Source: Oscillospiraceae bacterium (GTDB lineage: Bacteria > Bacillota > Clostridia > Oscillospirales > Oscillospiraceae). From it: a stretch of 64,000 nt of DNA. The stretch spans positions 32,689 to 96,688 of the forward strand of contig JAFRIV010000013.1 in the NCBI GenBank assembly GCA_017432615.1, in the 5' to 3' direction. Shown piece by piece: positions 1 through 8,219 of the stretch (the stretch's first letter is position 1; each line of letters starts with the position of its first letter). The position numbers and the translations under genes were made by a program. Below the pieces are notes generated by a model, which saw nothing but the letters and a program-made list of their open reading frames with translations, made no database searches and was not told the DNA's origin.

Positions 1-608
1 TGCTGCCGTTTGAGTTCGATCAGATCTTCCAATCCGCTTATGTAGGTCATACGGTCTCCACGTTTGGAAGAAAGGGAATGACTGACGATCTCATTGTTCC
101 AGAGATCCATATACAGAGTGAGTTCGTAATAGATGCCCTTCACATAGAAAGCCGTCATGTCACTCACGATGCATTGCAGCGGCCCGTCGATCTGCATTTC
201 AGACAGAAGCAGATTGGGAAATACACGGAAAGGATCGCCCGGCTTCTTGTACTTGTAGTGCTTGGCCTTGCTCTTAATACCTGCGGTTTTGCAGCATTTG
301 TGTGCATAGGGATCAGAGAGGACAAGGCCGGTGTCCAGGCGGATCTTGGCATTCAGCCAGCGGTATCCGTGCGAAGGATACTTAAGGTGGTATTCCTGAA
401 ACAACAGGATGTTGCTGACGAAGGCTCTTGTTCTGTTGGATGGATCAGAGAGGTGCTTTTTCCAGCTGTAAAAGCTGCTGCGTTGGATACCCATGGTTTC
501 ACAGAGCAGCTTTACCGGGAATTCTCCCGACAGCTCCATGATCACTTGGTATTCCCGTTGCCGTACAGAATTACCGTACCATCCCCCTTCACCTCGTATC
601 CTTTTTTT
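1..608 (-). CDS. IS3-family transposase OrfB (DDE integrase domain), 5' part only, reached by -1 frameshift from orfA
   Basis: The frame is open from AAA AAA AGG (608 downward) to position 1. See the translation quoted for the mobile element. The plus-strand ORF 78..704 is its antisense shadow. Confidence 0.75.
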
Positions 609-976
609 AGCCGGGCTTCTGTGATCCGCGCTTTTACAAGCTCCTGGATGAGTTGCTCCTTCGTCATGGACTCCAGTTCTTCCATCCCGGCCGGATCCGT
701 CTGAAAGGATGGGGCTTTGATCGTGTTCTTTGCGGCTCGTTTCGGGGGAAGCTGCTCAGCGTCGCGGTACAGTCTCATATAATCCCGTGCCGTCTGCTCG
801 CTGATGTCGTAGATTTCGGCGGCCTGGTAGCGGCTTATCTCTCCGTCGTAGATCCGGCGGCCGATGTCCAAGCGTTCTTCTTTTATGTATTTCACGGTAA
901 GCCTCCTGTTCACTTCAGGGCTGTCCTTGTCCAGAGATGTATTTTTCCTGTCTCCCATTATACATCTTCTGCACAA
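542..976 (-). CDS. IS3-family transposase OrfA (HTH subunit)
   Basis: 144 aa ORF with a TTG start at 976, preceded by GGAGGGGG 6 nt upstream. It has an HTH-like stretch ISRYQAAEIYDISEQTARDYMRLY. The ORF ends shortly after the slippery site. Confidence 0.8.
   Translation of the reverse strand: MCRRCIMGDRKNTSLDKDSPEVNRRLTVKYIKEERLDIGRRIYDGEISRYQAAEIYDISEQTARDYMRLYRDAEQLPPKRAAKNTIKAPSFQTDPAGMEELESMTKEQLIQELVKARITEARLKKGYEVKGDGTVILYGNGNTK
601..608 (-). other. programmed -1 ribosomal frameshift site A AAA AAA G
   Basis: Plus strand cttttttt equals minus strand AAAAAAAG. In the orfA frame this reads CTA AAA AAA GGA. The orfB frame is -1 relative to it. Confidence 0.7.
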
Positions 977-1088
977 AAATTACCCCCTCCGTGTCCAATT
1001 TAAGCTTACCACTGCAATACTGTGTATTCTGTACTGCTTCGTCAAGTGCCGGTCAACTATTCTCTCCAACAGCGAAGGAAAATCGTCA

Positions 1089-1135
1089 GTTAAGGGGGTA
1101 ACTTTTGCAAAAATATAAAAAGGTACCCCCTTAAC
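1089..1135. repeat. perfect 12-bp inverted repeat (GTTAAGGGGGTA ... TACCCCCTTAAC) with a 23-nt AT-rich spacer
   Basis: Read directly: left arm 1089-1100, right arm 1124-1135. It may be a stem-loop or could relate to the IS end. Function is unknown. Confidence 0.5.
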
Positions 1136-1152
1136 CGGCTCTGTTTAAAAGG

Positions 1153-1193
1153 CGTTCCCTCGAAGCTTTGCACTTCACAGGGAACGTCTTTTT
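1153..1193 (+). terminator. rho-independent terminator-like hairpin
   Basis: CGTTCCCT (1153-1160) pairs with AGGGAACG (1179-1186) and is followed by TCTTTTT. Confidence 0.5.
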
Positions 1194-1413
1194 AATAATT
1201 CTGCGCGCGAGGTAACACCGTCCCGCAGCAAAGCAATCAATCAGCGGCAGCCGCGACCGCTGATTATAAAAATCGCCTGCGTAAGGATTTCTGTATTCCG
1301 GCTGGAAACCATTGCATTCTGTTTGACGATTTGTTAAACTTTAATGGATAAAAAACGATTGTCCGACAGGAAGGCGGGACAATCCTGCTGACTTTGATAA
1401 ACGGGAGGGACTT

Positions 1414-2529
1414 ATGGATATTCAGGATCTTCAGACGCCGGCATTTCTGGCGGATCTTGATGTGATGGAAAACAATCTGAAAAGGGCGGCAGATGCAGCA
1501 TTAAAATATCAGAAGCAGATCTGGCCGATGATAAAAACGCATAAAAGCACAGAGCTTGCTCTGCTTCAGAAACAGTATGGATGTACGGGTTTTCTGTGCG
1601 GTACGCTTGACGAGGCGGAAGCACTGGCAAAAGCGGGGCTTGGTCCCATCATGTATGCCTATCCTGTTGCATCGGAAAACGCAATCAGACGCGTGACGGC
1701 ACTGTCAAAATGCTGCCGTTTGATCCTTCGCCTGGATGATCCTGCCAGTGCGGCGCTTGTGGAGCGGTATGCACAGGAAGAGCAGATAACGCTTGATTAT
1801 ACCGTCATCGTCGACTGCGGACTGCATCGCTTCGGCGTTCCCCCTGAGGAAGCGGGCTGTTTTGCGGAGAACCTGAGGCAGTTTCCTCATCTTTGCTTCA
1901 AAGGCATCTCTACCCATCCCGGTCATGTATACGCATCCCGTACGGCATCGGCCGCAGCACAATATGCACAGGATGAGTGCAGCGCACTCAGGACGGCAAA
2001 ACAGTCTCTCCTGAAAAAGGGATTTGTACCGGAAATCATTTCCAGCGGTTCTACGCCTACCTTCTCTTATGCAATCGCAGACGAGAACATACAGATCTAT
2101 CATCCCGGGAACTATATATTCTGTGATTATATCCAGATGTCTGTCGGTGCGGCAAAAGAGGAGGATTGTGCGCTGACGGTCCTTTCCACCATTATTTCAC
2201 ACCCGAGAGAGGATCTGTTCCTCTGTGATGCCGGAGCAAAGTGCCTTGGGCTGGATCAGGGGGCGCACGGAAATACGGCAATAACAGGATACGGTTATGT
2301 AATCGGCCATCCGGAGCTGTCTGTTTCCGGCCTCTCGGAAGAAGTGGGAAAGATTCATGTAAACGGCAAAACAGATCTGAAAACGGGAGATCGGATCCGG
2401 ATCATTCCGAATCATTCGTGTTCGAGTGCCAATCTGACATCCTGGCTGGCAGGCGTCCGCGGAAATACTGTAGATCATATGATCTGCGTGGATATGCGCG
2501 GAAACAGCACGATCAAAGCTCCGGTTTAA
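1414..2529 (+). CDS. D-TA family PLP-dependent enzyme (alanine-racemase N-terminal fold; D-threonine aldolase / D-serine dehydratase-like)
   Basis: 371 aa. The N-terminus TPAFLADLDVMENNLKR...MIKTHKS, with a PLP-lysine context, matches this family, and a C-terminal beta domain is present. RBS GGGAGGG lies upstream. Confidence 0.65.
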   Translation: MDIQDLQTPAFLADLDVMENNLKRAADAALKYQKQIWPMIKTHKSTELALLQKQYGCTGFLCGTLDEAEALAKAGLGPIMYAYPVASENAIRRVTALSKCCRLILRLDDPASAALVERYAQEEQITLDYTVIVDCGLHRFGVPPEEAGCFAENLRQFPHLCFKGISTHPGHVYASRTASAAAQYAQDECSALRTAKQSLLKKGFVPEIISSGSTPTFSYAIADENIQIYHPGNYIFCDYIQMSVGAAKEEDCALTVLSTIISHPREDLFLCDAGAKCLGLDQGAHGNTAITGYGYVIGHPELSVSGLSEEVGKIHVNGKTDLKTGDRIRIIPNHSCSSANLTSWLAGVRGNTVDHMICVDMRGNSTIKAPV

Positions 2530-2562
2530 GCGGCAGAAAAAGAAAATAAGATCGTAAAAAAT

Positions 2563-2617
2563 GCGGTACAGAATACACAGAACTCCTGCTGGAGGAATAT
2601 TGTGTATTCTGTACCGC
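2563..2617. terminator. bidirectional terminator hairpin between convergent genes
   Basis: A 17-bp perfect stem, GCGGTACAGAATACACA (2563-2579) with TGTGTATTCTGTACCGC (2601-2617). A T-rich tract follows on plus and an A-rich tract precedes it. Confidence 0.75.
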
Positions 2618-2660
2618 TTTATTCTAAAAAACATTTTTTAAATTCAGAGGCAGGCAGCAG

Positions 2661-3260
2661 TCATCGGTAGTAGCTGTGCCGGAGAATATACTGATAAACC
2701 TCTTCATCCAGGGCTTCCGGACGTTCCCCTCGGGACAGGGCGGAACGGATCGACGTGGAGCTTGCCGGATAGGGGGTGCAGGGAATCAGCGTGATTTTGG
2801 CATTGTCTTCCTCGGTAAGGAGGGCGGAAGCCTGCTGCAGAGAACGCTCCTCTCCATCTTCCCTTGAGAGGACGAGCAGGGTGCACTCAGAAAGCAGATA
2901 ACGGTATTGAAACCACTGGCGAAAGCAGAGAAGCATATCCGCCCCGATCACCAGAAAAAAAGCATCTTCCGGATAGTGTGTGCGAAGCAGGCGAACGGTA
3001 TCGGCCGTATAGCTTTTGCCGCGCCGGTGAAACTCCAGATCGGAGACCGATATCTCCGGGAACTGCCGGAAGGCGAGACGGCACATTTCAAGGCGGGCTT
3101 CCGGCGGCGGGCTTCCGTCGGTAAGATCCTTATGAGGAGGCTGATAGTCCGGAATCACCAGGAAGCGGTCCGGCTGCTGTGCATCCAGCACTGCGCGGGC
3201 GGCATGAACGTGACCCAGGTGGGGAGGGTTGAAGCTCCCTCCATAGACGGCAAGGTTCAT
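2661..3260 (-). CDS. nadD: nicotinate-nucleotide adenylyltransferase
   Basis: 199 aa with the GGSFNPPHLGH nucleotidyltransferase motif. It overlaps the pncB stop by 4 nt. Confidence 0.9.
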   Translation of the reverse strand: MNLAVYGGSFNPPHLGHVHAARAVLDAQQPDRFLVIPDYQPPHKDLTDGSPPPEARLEMCRLAFRQFPEISVSDLEFHRRGKSYTADTVRLLRTHYPEDAFFLVIGADMLLCFRQWFQYRYLLSECTLLVLSREDGEERSLQQASALLTEEDNAKITLIPCTPYPASSTSIRSALSRGERPEALDEEVYQYILRHSYYR

Positions 3261-4717
3261 CGGCTGGTTTTTCCGAGGGTATACAGAAGATTCATTTTCA
3301 TTTCGAACATGGCGGGACTCATGTCAAAGTAATGGGTATGGGGGTTTTCAAAACGCTGTTCCTCTTCCCAGATCTCATTGTGCAGCTGGTAGCGGACATA
3401 TTTCTGTATTTCCTCCACGCCGGGACAGGTGTAGATCGGTTTCCCGTTTTCGATTACTTTGATCTGGAGATCTTTAAAAGTGCAGTTTTCAAAGCTCTTG
3501 TCTTTCCAGTATTTCAGAGGATCAATATAGCGCACGGGACGTGAGGCGTCAATTTTTTCATCAAAGGTGGCGAGATAATCCGCTATGGCTTTGCCGTCTT
3601 CATTGTAGACACGGTAGATCTTCTTGAGGCCGGGATTGGTGATTTTTTCAATGGTTTCCGACACTTTGATCTTCGGAATCAGCTTTCCGTTTTTTTCAAT
3701 GGCAGTCAGTTTATACACAGCGCCGAAAATGGGATTTGAAGCGGACGTGATCAGGCGCTCACCCACGCCGAAACTGTCGATTTTTGCACCCTGATGGATC
3801 AGAGAACGGATGGTATATTCGTCCAGCCCGTTGGAGGCAATGATCTTACAATCTTCCAGGCCGGCATCATCCAGCATTTTCCGGGCTTCCTTGGAGAGAT
3901 AGGCAAGGTCGCCGGAATCCAGCCGGACACCTTTCAGCCGTTTTCCCATGGGTTCCAGAACTTCTTTTGCAACGCGGATCGCATTGGGGATCCCGCTTTT
4001 CAGCACGTCATAGGTGTCCACCAGAAGTACGGTGAGATCCGGGTAGGTCTCCGCATATTTTTTGAAAGCTTCGTATTCATTTTCACTGAACATGACCCAG
4101 CTGTGCGCCATGGTGCCGGAAATCGGGATATCGAACATCTCGCCGGCAAGAACGGTTGCCGTGCCTGCTACCCCGCCGATGTAGGCGGCACGTGCGCCGT
4201 AGACGGCGGCATCGACATTATGGGCACGTCTGGCGCCAAAATCCGAAACCAGACGGCCTCCGGCTGCACGGTTGATCCGGTTGGCTTTTGTTGCAATCAG
4301 AGACTGATGGTTGACTTCCAGAAGCATTGCCGTTTCGATCAGCTGGGCATCCAGGAGCGGGGCAACCACCGTGATGAGCGGCTCGTTGGGATAGACAACG
4401 GTACCTTCCGGCATGGAATAGATGTCCCCATGAAAACGGTAATTTTTCAGATAATTTAAAAAATCCTCCGAAAACAGTTTTTGGGAACGAAGATAGGCGA
4501 TGTCCTCTTCCTCGAAATGGAGGTTTGTTATATAATCCATGATCTGCTCCAACCCGGCGAAGATCGCAAAGCCGGCATCATCCGGGTTTTTCCGATAAAA
4601 CAGATCGAATACGGCAAGCGTATCGGTATCGCGGGAAGCAAAATACCCGTTTGCCATCGTCATTTCGTAAAAGTCCATTACCATGGAAAGGTTTCTTTCT
4701 TCGTGCTGTTTTTTCAT
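3257..4717 (-). CDS. pncB: nicotinate phosphoribosyltransferase
   Basis: 486 aa. N-terminus DFYEMTMANGYF and the GTMAHSWVM motif fit the family. It forms an operon with nadD. Confidence 0.9.
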   Translation of the reverse strand: MKKQHEERNLSMVMDFYEMTMANGYFASRDTDTLAVFDLFYRKNPDDAGFAIFAGLEQIMDYITNLHFEEEDIAYLRSQKLFSEDFLNYLKNYRFHGDIYSMPEGTVVYPNEPLITVVAPLLDAQLIETAMLLEVNHQSLIATKANRINRAAGGRLVSDFGARRAHNVDAAVYGARAAYIGGVAGTATVLAGEMFDIPISGTMAHSWVMFSENEYEAFKKYAETYPDLTVLLVDTYDVLKSGIPNAIRVAKEVLEPMGKRLKGVRLDSGDLAYLSKEARKMLDDAGLEDCKIIASNGLDEYTIRSLIHQGAKIDSFGVGERLITSASNPIFGAVYKLTAIEKNGKLIPKIKVSETIEKITNPGLKKIYRVYNEDGKAIADYLATFDEKIDASRPVRYIDPLKYWKDKSFENCTFKDLQIKVIENGKPIYTCPGVEEIQKYVRYQLHNEIWEEEQRFENPHTHYFDMSPAMFEMKMNLLYTLGKTSR

Positions 4718-4792
4718 TTTTCCCTCCGGTCGATTATCAGGGTAGGCATATTATAGCGATTCTTTATGTTTCTGTAAAGAAAAAGAATTTTT

Positions 4793-4814
4793 TTCAGAAC
4801 TTTTTCAGAACTTT
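4793..4814 (+). promoter_or_regulatory. exact tandem 11-bp direct repeat TTCAGAACTTT x2, a candidate OmpR/PhoB-family response-regulator box
   Basis: Unit 1 is 4793-4803 and unit 2 is 4804-4814. The repeat overlaps the -35 position of the extended -10 promoter at 4829-4837. The second unit also forms the palindrome TCAGAA-CT-TTCTGA. Confidence 0.45.
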
Positions 4815-4828
4815 CTGATAATCTTTAC

Positions 4829-4837
4829 TGATATAAT
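4829..4837 (+). promoter_or_regulatory. extended -10 promoter element TGATATAAT for the response-regulator gene
   Basis: TG-N-TATAAT read directly. There is no consensus -35; the direct repeats occupy that position. Confidence 0.5.
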
Positions 4838-4925
4838 AGGCAAAGAATGGATAGGATCCTGAGGCGGGGAAAGAAAGAGGCAATACCTGATGCGCACGAC
4901 CGAAAAAACGGAAAGGGGTGTGCCT

Positions 4926-5600
4926 ATGCGTATTCTGATTATCGAAGATGAAAAACTGCTTGCGGATTCGCTGGAAGCGTTGCTGCGTGCCAAGGCATAT
5001 GAAACAGAAGCGCGTTACGACGGAGAAAGCGGAGCAGAGGCCGCGCTGCAGGGAAACTATGATCTGCTGATCCTGGATATTATGCTGCCCGGAATGAACG
5101 GATATGATATAGCCAGGAAGATCCGTGCCGCACGCTCCGCCGTGCCGATTTTGATGCTGACGGCAAAATCGGATCTGGAAGACCGAATTGAAGGGTTGAA
5201 TGCGGGGGCTGACTATTATCTTTCCAAACCGTTCGACGTCCGGGAGTTTCTGGCCAGTGTGAATGCCCTTCTCCGGCGGCAGGACAACCAGGCCGATGAA
5301 TACCGATACGGCAATACCCGGCTGGATATATCTACCGGGCGATTGGTGTGCGGCGACAGGAAGATCCGTCTTTCCTCCCGGGAATATGAGGTGATGCGGC
5401 TTCTGTTTCAGACGAAGGAGCAGGTCCTGTCCAAGGAATCAATCCTTTCTCAGGTCTGGGGGCTGGACTCCAATGCGGTTGAAAATCATGTGGAGGTTTA
5501 CGTCGGATTTCTGCGGAAAAAGCTTGTGAATATCGGCTCCAACGTGCGTATTGTGGCAGTTCGCGGATTGGGATATCATCTCGAACCGGAAAAAGAATAA
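4926..5600 (+). CDS. OmpR/PhoB-family response regulator (receiver + winged helix), with no adjacent histidine kinase
   Basis: MRILIIEDE...DLLILDIMLPGMNG...LTAK receiver motifs and a C-terminal ...VEVYVGFLRKKL...IVAVRGLGYHL winged helix. I prefer the ATG at 4926 (RBS GGAAAGGGG) over the track start at 4890. Confidence 0.9.
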   Translation: MRILIIEDEKLLADSLEALLRAKAYETEARYDGESGAEAALQGNYDLLILDIMLPGMNGYDIARKIRAARSAVPILMLTAKSDLEDRIEGLNAGADYYLSKPFDVREFLASVNALLRRQDNQADEYRYGNTRLDISTGRLVCGDRKIRLSSREYEVMRLLFQTKEQVLSKESILSQVWGLDSNAVENHVEVYVGFLRKKLVNIGSNVRIVAVRGLGYHLEPEKE

Positions 5601-5699
5601 TCGGAAGTTGACTTTTTTTCCGTCTGTGATATGATAAGTGCGTTTTCACAGGGAATCCCCCAGGAAAACGCATGGAAAGAAATTGGTAAGGAGAATAAA

Positions 5700-5915
5700 A
5701 TGGACGACCTTTATGTAACAAGAGAAACACTGATCGGCGAAGTGGTAAACGAGTATCCCGAAGCAATCGATGTGCTGTTTTCCATCGGGATGCACTGCCT
5801 GGGCTGCCCGGCTTCCCAGATGGAGAGCCTGGAAGAGGCCTGTGCAGTACACGGGTTTGATCCGTCTGCCGTGGTGAAAGAAATCAATAAAAAGATTGCC
5901 GAAGCCAGAGCCTGA
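5700..5915 (+). CDS. DUF1858 / hybrid-cluster-protein-associated redox disulfide domain protein
   Basis: MDDLYVTRETLIGEVVNEYPEAIDVLFSIGMHCLGCPAS carries the characteristic CxxC context. RBS AAGGAG precedes the ATG at 5700. Confidence 0.7.
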   Translation: MDDLYVTRETLIGEVVNEYPEAIDVLFSIGMHCLGCPASQMESLEEACAVHGFDPSAVVKEINKKIAEARA

Positions 5916-5933
5916 AGACAAAATCAGGAAAAA

Positions 5934-5975
5934 GATCCCGCCGGACAGACAATTCTGCCCGGCGGGATCTTTTTC
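5934..5975. terminator. bidirectional rho-independent terminator
   Basis: GATCCCGCCGG (5934-5944) pairs with CCGGCGGGATC (5959-5969), followed by TTTTT. It lies between convergent genes. Confidence 0.8.
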
Positions 5976-6000
5976 CTATAGGATCCTGTTTTAACCGGAT

Positions 6001-7317
6001 TTATTCGTCCTTCTCCTTCGAGAGCATGACGTTTGTGAGAATGCCGAGGATCAGCGCGCAGGCAACCGTACGGATCTCCACTGCGCCGAAGGAAACGACC
6101 ATTCCGCCGACACCTACTATAAAGATCACGGAGGCGACAAAAAGATTGCGGTTTTTATTCAGATCGACCGGCTGGAGCATCTTCAGACCGGAGGAGGCTA
6201 TGAAGCCGTAGAGTGCTACGCACACACCGCCCATTACACAGCTTGGGATGGTCTCCAGGAAAGCGACCAGCGGCGTGATCAGAGAGAAGATCAGGCAGGC
6301 AATGGCCGCACCCCAGATGGATACGGTGGAGGCATTGCGCGTAATGGCGACCGTTGCGATAGATTCTCCGTAGGTGGTGTTCGGGCAGCCGCCGAAGAAA
6401 GCACCGACGAAAGATCCGATTCCGTCACCCAGCAGGGTGCGGGTGAGGCCGGGCTCTTCCAGAAGGTTGACGCCGACGATGGAGCTGAGGTTTTTGTGAT
6501 CAGCCAGGTGTTCGGCAAAGACCACGAAGGCGACCGGTGCATAAGCTACGAAGATGGTTAGAAGATAAGAGGCGGTGACACCGGACCAGTCAGCCTTGGT
6601 AAAGGTGAATTCCGGCAGAGAAAAGACAGAGTGGATGTTCTGTACAGCGGAATAGTTGATGACGACCAGAGAGGCATTGCCGGTGGCTTTGCCGATAAGG
6701 GCAAAGATGCTGGCACAGGCATATCCGGCAAGGATGCCGATGATGAAAGGAACAAGCTTTACCATCTTTTTTCCGTAGGTGGAGCAGAGCATGGTAACAG
6801 CGAGCGTCACCAGACCGCAGATCAGGCAGACATAAACAGAACCGCCTTCAATATTGCTGCGCATCAGATCCCCGATGGCGTTGCCTGCCAGAGAGAGACC
6901 GATGATAGCAACGGTCGGTCCGATAATCACGGGGGGCATCAGTTTGTCGATCCACTTTACGCCGCAGAACTTGACCACCAGGGCGATGATCACATAAACA
7001 AGGCCGGCAATCAAAGCACCGATGACCAGACCGGCATACCCGATAGCGAGGGATGCGGCGCCGCCGAAAGCGGAGAACATCGAGCCGATAAAAGCAAAGG
7101 AAGAACCAAGGAAGACCGGGCTTGCACTTCTGGTGAAGAGAAGATAGACGATAGAGCCGACACCTGCACCAAACAGAGCGGCAGAAGCCGTCATTCCGTT
7201 CCCGACAACTGCCGGGACGGCAATGGTTGCAGCCATAATGGCAAGCAGCTGCTGCAGGGCAAAAAGAACCACTTCACCAAATGAGGGTTTGTCCTTGATA
7301 CCGTAGATCAGATTCAT
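6001..7317 (-). CDS. pyrP: uracil permease (NCS2 / nucleobase:cation symporter-2 family)
   Basis: 438 aa polytopic protein with NCS2-like motifs. It sits immediately downstream of pyrR, as in Bacillus-type pyr operons. Confidence 0.8.
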   Translation of the reverse strand: MNLIYGIKDKPSFGEVVLFALQQLLAIMAATIAVPAVVGNGMTASAALFGAGVGSIVYLLFTRSASPVFLGSSFAFIGSMFSAFGGAASLAIGYAGLVIGALIAGLVYVIIALVVKFCGVKWIDKLMPPVIIGPTVAIIGLSLAGNAIGDLMRSNIEGGSVYVCLICGLVTLAVTMLCSTYGKKMVKLVPFIIGILAGYACASIFALIGKATGNASLVVINYSAVQNIHSVFSLPEFTFTKADWSGVTASYLLTIFVAYAPVAFVVFAEHLADHKNLSSIVGVNLLEEPGLTRTLLGDGIGSFVGAFFGGCPNTTYGESIATVAITRNASTVSIWGAAIACLIFSLITPLVAFLETIPSCVMGGVCVALYGFIASSGLKMLQPVDLNKNRNLFVASVIFIVGVGGMVVSFGAVEIRTVACALILGILTNVMLSKEKDE

Positions 7318-7355
7318 TCATTTTCTCCTTTTCTCAGCAATAGATTTATATCAAA

Positions 7356-7919
7356 TTAGTTGCTGACACGCTGGCTCTCCTCTGAAAGATCCATCAGGAA
7401 CACGCCGGTTTCACAGTCAAACTCCGGAACGCGTACTTCGATCATTTCAGAGCGGGAGGTGGGGATATTTTTGCCGACGTAATCGGCACGGATCGGCAGT
7501 TCACGGTGACCGCGGTCAATCAGCACGGCAAGCTGAACGGTACGCGGACGGCCGCAACGGATGACAGCTTCCATGGCAGCCCGTGCCGTACGGCCGGTAT
7601 AGATCACATCATCCACCAGGATGATATCTTTGTCATTCACGTCGAACGGAAGCTGCGCGGAGCGGACGAGAGGGCTGTCAGAAAGAGAGGTCAGATCGTC
7701 CCGATAAAAGGCAATGTCAATACTGCCGCAGGGAACATCGACCTCTTCTATTTTACGAATGTTGCTTTGAATGATTTTTGCAATCGGATCACCGCGGCGC
7801 AAAATACCGACCAGGCGAATATTTTCCACCCCGCGGTTTTTTTCCGCAATTTCATGAGAGATGCGCATAAGAGCACGGCTGATGGCAGGAGCGTCCATAA
7901 TCTGAGATTTCACTTTCAT
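7356..7919 (-). CDS. pyrR: bifunctional pyrimidine operon regulator / uracil phosphoribosyltransferase PyrR
   Basis: MKVKSQIMDAPAISRALMRISHEI... and the PRPP loop IILVDDVIYTGRT. I prefer the ATG at 7919 (RBS GGAGGG) because the track's N-terminal extension to 8006 lies in the leader. Confidence 0.9.
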   Translation of the reverse strand: MKVKSQIMDAPAISRALMRISHEIAEKNRGVENIRLVGILRRGDPIAKIIQSNIRKIEEVDVPCGSIDIAFYRDDLTSLSDSPLVRSAQLPFDVNDKDIILVDDVIYTGRTARAAMEAVIRCGRPRTVQLAVLIDRGHRELPIRADYVGKNIPTSRSEMIEVRVPEFDCETGVFLMDLSEESQRVSN

Positions 7920-8087
7920 ACTGTTCCCTCCGCTTCCCCCGGCATGGCAGCCGGACAAGAAAAAATGCCCTGTCGAAACACCGACAAGACACGCAACATA
8001 CTTCAAGCGCCCTGGTAAAAAGCGCTGTCTCTATATAAGCGATTTTGCCGGCATCTCTGTACCGTGCTTAAAAATCTGTTTTGACCG
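7920..8087 (-). promoter_or_regulatory. pyr leader: candidate PyrR-binding stem-loop plus attenuator terminator
   Basis: The minus-strand RNA contains UAAGCACGGUACAGAGAUGCCGGCAAAAUCGCUUA (about 8068-8034), which resembles the ..CAGAGA..GC..GCAA PyrR binding-loop consensus. Downstream is GUCUUGUCGGUGUUUCGACAGGGC followed by AUUUUUU. Confidence 0.55.
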
Positions 8088-8093
8088 TGCGTC

Positions 8094-8122
8094 ATAATAC
8101 TCTATTTCTTCCTGTTTTGCAA
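8094..8122 (-). promoter_or_regulatory. sigmaA-type promoter of pyrR-pyrP (TTGCAA-17-TATTAT)
   Basis: Read on the minus strand: -35 at 8117-8122 and -10 at 8094-8099. Confidence 0.6.
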
Positions 8123-8160
8123 GAGAAAAATTGAAAGAAAACAAAAATTGGAAAAAACAG

Positions 8161-8188
8161 AAACAGACGGCATGAAAACCGTCTGTTT
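8161..8188 (-). terminator. rho-independent terminator after the Lgt-like gene
   Basis: AAACAGACGG pairs with CCGTCTGTTT. The U-tract on the minus strand is CUGUUUUUUC. Confidence 0.75.
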
Positions 8189-8219
8189 CCAGGCAAAGCT
8201 TTGGTGAAATTGCAAAAAA

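Larger units (their letters stand above)
1..1016 (-). mobile_element. IS3-family insertion sequence, partial. It contains orfA and the 5' part of orfB and continues past the left window edge. The right boundary near 1016 is tentative.
   Basis: orfA is followed by a -1 frame orfB. My hand translation of orfB reads ...ELSGEFPVKLLCETMGIQRSSFYSWKK...HGYRWLNAKIR...CIVSDMTAF...LYMDLWNNEIVSHSLS, which is typical of an IS3 OrfB N-terminus and the first DDE Asp region. An A7G slippery run lies between the two frames. A candidate terminal TG (minus strand TGCAGTGG...) ends at 1016. Confidence 0.8.

Noticed and set aside
78-704. 208-aa plus-strand ORF at the left edge
   Set aside because: It lies antisense to the IS3 orfA/orfB frames, which give recognisable transposase sequence. 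The plus-strand translation has no recognisable motifs or RBS.
7920-8006. N-terminal extension of pyrR (track start at 8006)
   Set aside because: The extension covers the attenuator terminator and has no RBS. MKVKSQIMD at 7919 matches the usual PyrR N-terminus and follows GGAGGG.
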